A DNA stretch of 64,000 nt, taken from NCBI GenBank assembly GCA_963827685.1, contig CAWHBU010000006.1, positions 256,001 to 320,000 of the forward strand, in the 5' to 3' direction. A program made the position numbers and the translations under genes. The stretch's first letter is position 1; every line of letters starts with the position of its first letter. Shown here piece after piece: positions 61,567 through 64,000 of the stretch. The DNA is from an uncultured delta proteobacterium. GTDB lineage: Bacteria > Desulfobacterota > BSN033 > UBA1163. The notes beneath the pieces are model-generated. The model was not told the origin of the DNA. It saw only the letters and a program-made list of their open reading frames with translations, and made no database searches.

Positions 61567-63477
61567 ATGCTGAGAGTGTTGAGGGAACACGCATCTTCAT
61601 GGATGCTCAAGGCTATCCTGATATTGGTGGCTCTTTCTTTTATCTTGTTTTTCGGAGGTTATTCCTACTTCAGAGAGAAAAAAGTGACTTATGTGGCTCA
61701 AGTGAATCGAGTCACCATTGAATGGCCAGAGTACAATAATGCCTTTCAAGACGCCATCAAGCAGTATCAGCAGGCCTTAGGCCCAGCATTTTCGGAGAAG
61801 ATGATCGAAGAGCTCCATCTGAGAGACAAAATCTTGGACGGCCTCATTGAAAAGATTCTCGTTCTTCAAGAGGCAAAAAGATTGGGGTTCTCCGTCTCCG
61901 ATGAAGAACTGAGGGAGGCCATTGAATCCATCCCGGCTTTTCAGGTGAATGGCCAGTTTGACAAAAGGGCCTATGAATGGTCTCTTCGTTCAAACCGGAC
62001 GACCGATGAACAGTATGAGCAGAGTCAACGGGAAAGTCTTCTCATTTCAAAGGTAGTTAATCTAATTAAAATGAACGAAGGGAAGGTCTCAGATGAAGAA
62101 GTATTGGATACTTTCCTTTTTGAGAACGAACGGATCAACCTCGCTTTCCTGAAGGTCGCTCCTGGCGCTTTAAGAAGTCAGGTCAACGCAAATGAGATTG
62201 AGATAAGGGACTACTACCAGAAACATCAAGAGGAATTCAGAGTTCCCGCTTTCATTCAGATTCAATATCTCCTCTTCCGACCTGCTGATTTTGAGAGCAA
62301 AGCCCAGGTCTCTTTGGATGAAGCCAAACGATATTATGACTCCCGGAAAGACACTTTTAAGATACCCAAACAGGTGAGGGTGAGTGACATCCTGATCAAA
62401 GCAGGACCGCAAGACCCACCTGATCAATTGGAGGCCAAAAAGAAGAAGGCTGAAGAAATCCTGGAAAAAGCCAAAAAGACAAAGGACTTTGGTTCCTTGG
62501 CAAAACAGTATTCCGAAGCGGAAAATGCCTCTAAAGGCGGCAACCTGGGTTGGATTCAAAAAGGGATGTTGGGTGAACAAATCGAATCCATTCTCTTTTC
62601 GATGAAGGCGGGTAACCTGAGCGAACTGTTAGCCGCAAGAGATGGATTTCATATTTTTAAAATAGAGGAAGTCAAGGAGGAAAAACAAAAACCCTTCGAG
62701 GAAGTAAAGGACCAGATCCTTCAGACCTTAAAGAAAGAAAAGGCTAAAGCAGAAGCCTCCCGAAAGGCCGACAACGCTTTCTACTCCCTTTATCGGAGTC
62801 GGGATTTGGAGGGATATTCAAAGGAAAAGGATGTTCCCATTAGGACCACAGGCCTCTTTAAGGAAGGCGATGAGATTCCGGATATGGGGAGGAATCCTCT
62901 CTTTTATTCCAGTGCCTTCTCTCTGAGGTTGGGAGACATCTCTCCTGTGGTGAACGTCCCGCCCAATTTCTATGTCTTGAAGTTGGTGAATAGGAAAGAC
63001 TCCCGGATCCCGCCTCTGGATGAGGTGAAAGAGGATGTGAGACAAAAGGTTATCGGAACAAAAGCGGAAGAGAAAGCAGGTCAGGTGGCTGAAGACCTTC
63101 TCAATCAGATTCGATCAGGCAAGAACATCAGAGAGGTCGCGAGAGAGAGAGGTTATTCTCTGGAAGAGACCGGTTTTTTCACCCGGACGGCAGAGGTGGT
63201 TCCCAAGATTGGTCCTGCCAGGGAGTTCATGGGAACGCTCGCCTCGCTGACAGGAAAAAATCCTGTTCCTAAGGAAGTCATTCGGACAAGGGATGGGTAT
63301 TTTGTGGTGAGGTTATCTGCCTATGAGCCTGCGGATCAGAGTAAATTCCAGTCCCAGAAGAACAATCTTGAAAAACGACTGCGCTACCAGAAACAGGAAG
63401 AGGCATTTCAGAATTGGCTCGATCAACTCCGGTCCAAAGCCAAGATCGATAAGAATAAAGACATCCTGAAGGGCTAA
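61567..63477 (+). CDS. ppiD: PpiD/SurA-like peptidyl-prolyl isomerase chaperone
   Basis: N-terminal TM anchor, SurA_N-like region, rotamase FGSLAKQYSE..GGNLGW. Confidence 0.88.
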   Translation: MLRVLREHASSWMLKAILILVALSFILFFGGYSYFREKKVTYVAQVNRVTIEWPEYNNAFQDAIKQYQQALGPAFSEKMIEELHLRDKILDGLIEKILVLQEAKRLGFSVSDEELREAIESIPAFQVNGQFDKRAYEWSLRSNRTTDEQYEQSQRESLLISKVVNLIKMNEGKVSDEEVLDTFLFENERINLAFLKVAPGALRSQVNANEIEIRDYYQKHQEEFRVPAFIQIQYLLFRPADFESKAQVSLDEAKRYYDSRKDTFKIPKQVRVSDILIKAGPQDPPDQLEAKKKKAEEILEKAKKTKDFGSLAKQYSEAENASKGGNLGWIQKGMLGEQIESILFSMKAGNLSELLAARDGFHIFKIEEVKEEKQKPFEEVKDQILQTLKKEKAKAEASRKADNAFYSLYRSRDLEGYSKEKDVPIRTTGLFKEGDEIPDMGRNPLFYSSAFSLRLGDISPVVNVPPNFYVLKLVNRKDSRIPPLDEVKEDVRQKVIGTKAEEKAGQVAEDLLNQIRSGKNIREVARERGYSLEETGFFTRTAEVVPKIGPAREFMGTLASLTGKNPVPKEVIRTRDGYFVVRLSAYEPADQSKFQSQKNNLEKRLRYQKQEEAFQNWLDQLRSKAKIDKNKDILKG

Positions 63478-63555
63478 TGAGGCCTTTCTATCAAAGGCAG
63501 GGTTCTCTCTCTTGAGTAAGAGAAAATGAGCGTCTCATTCTTCTTGGGTGTTCTC

Positions 63556-63903
63556 TTAACAAGTCTTAGACCTTACATCGGATAAGATCCACCCCTGTCG
63601 GGACAAAGCAAGCTCCTTCCCCCAATCTATCTCAATTTTCTTGCCCCGAAATCCTCTTATCTTATCGAAGGGGCGTCTCCATCCAGGAAGATAATGGTAC
63701 TCCAATACCTCCACCAGGAAGGGAACAACTTCACTCAGCCTTTCTTTGGGGAGGCAGGCATGAACCTCTTTGAAATAATCTCCCAGGGCTTCAGGAGTTA
63801 AGGGATGCGCTGTAAGCAAGGCCACTGGATAGTTACAGCCTACGGCCCTCTTAAGAAGGTCGAAGCCACGGACCCCCATAGTGTCAAGGATAACCAAATC
63901 ATG
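63556..63903 (-). pseudogene. 5'-truncated response-regulator receiver domain
   Basis: DLVILD.MGV.G.DLL, LLTAH, LPK; N-terminal acidic pair region absent. Confidence 0.6.
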
Positions 63904-64000
63904 GTAGTGGGTCAGTTTGGAATTTAGATATTAGAGATAAGAAAATCAAGGTGTTTTTTACTCATATCTGGAGATTTTAATGCAGCATTTTGTATTTTTT

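Overview
About 64 kb of a bacterial chromosome that looks like an anaerobic deltaproteobacterium (Desulfobacterota-like; inferred from gene content only). No CRISPR array, rRNA or intact transposase was seen. 1-12.5 kb is accessory-looking: a degenerate tRNA-Arg(CCG) at the window edge, an Skp / BamE-like / BamA / Skp module and a GC-rich MacAB-TolC-type exporter, with five frameshifts in about 4.5 kb. 12.6-36.3 kb is mostly housekeeping: a proteostasis cluster (ClpX-like, CbpA, LonC-like, RsmE), DHS-like enzyme, Ino1, a decayed TAXI-TRAP locus and class II RNR with NrdR boxes. 36.5-61.4 kb holds two candidate novel systems. The first is a dispersed unusual-lipid (ladderane/aryl-polyene-like) cluster: one active and two catalytically dead ketosynthases, FabZ, two methyltransferases, acyl-CoA dehydrogenase, two phytoene-desaturase-like oxidoreductases and two B12 radical SAM enzymes. 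The second sits inside it: a compact sulfur module (CsoR/CstR-like, DsrE2, TusA, NarI-like cytochrome b, HdrD/DsrK-like Fe-S protein, FadL-type outer-membrane channel) that could be an undescribed sulfane-sulfur uptake and respiration system. Intergenic DNA carries several families of small palindromic or MITE-like repeats, some nested. All product calls come from motif recognition by eye; no database searches were run.
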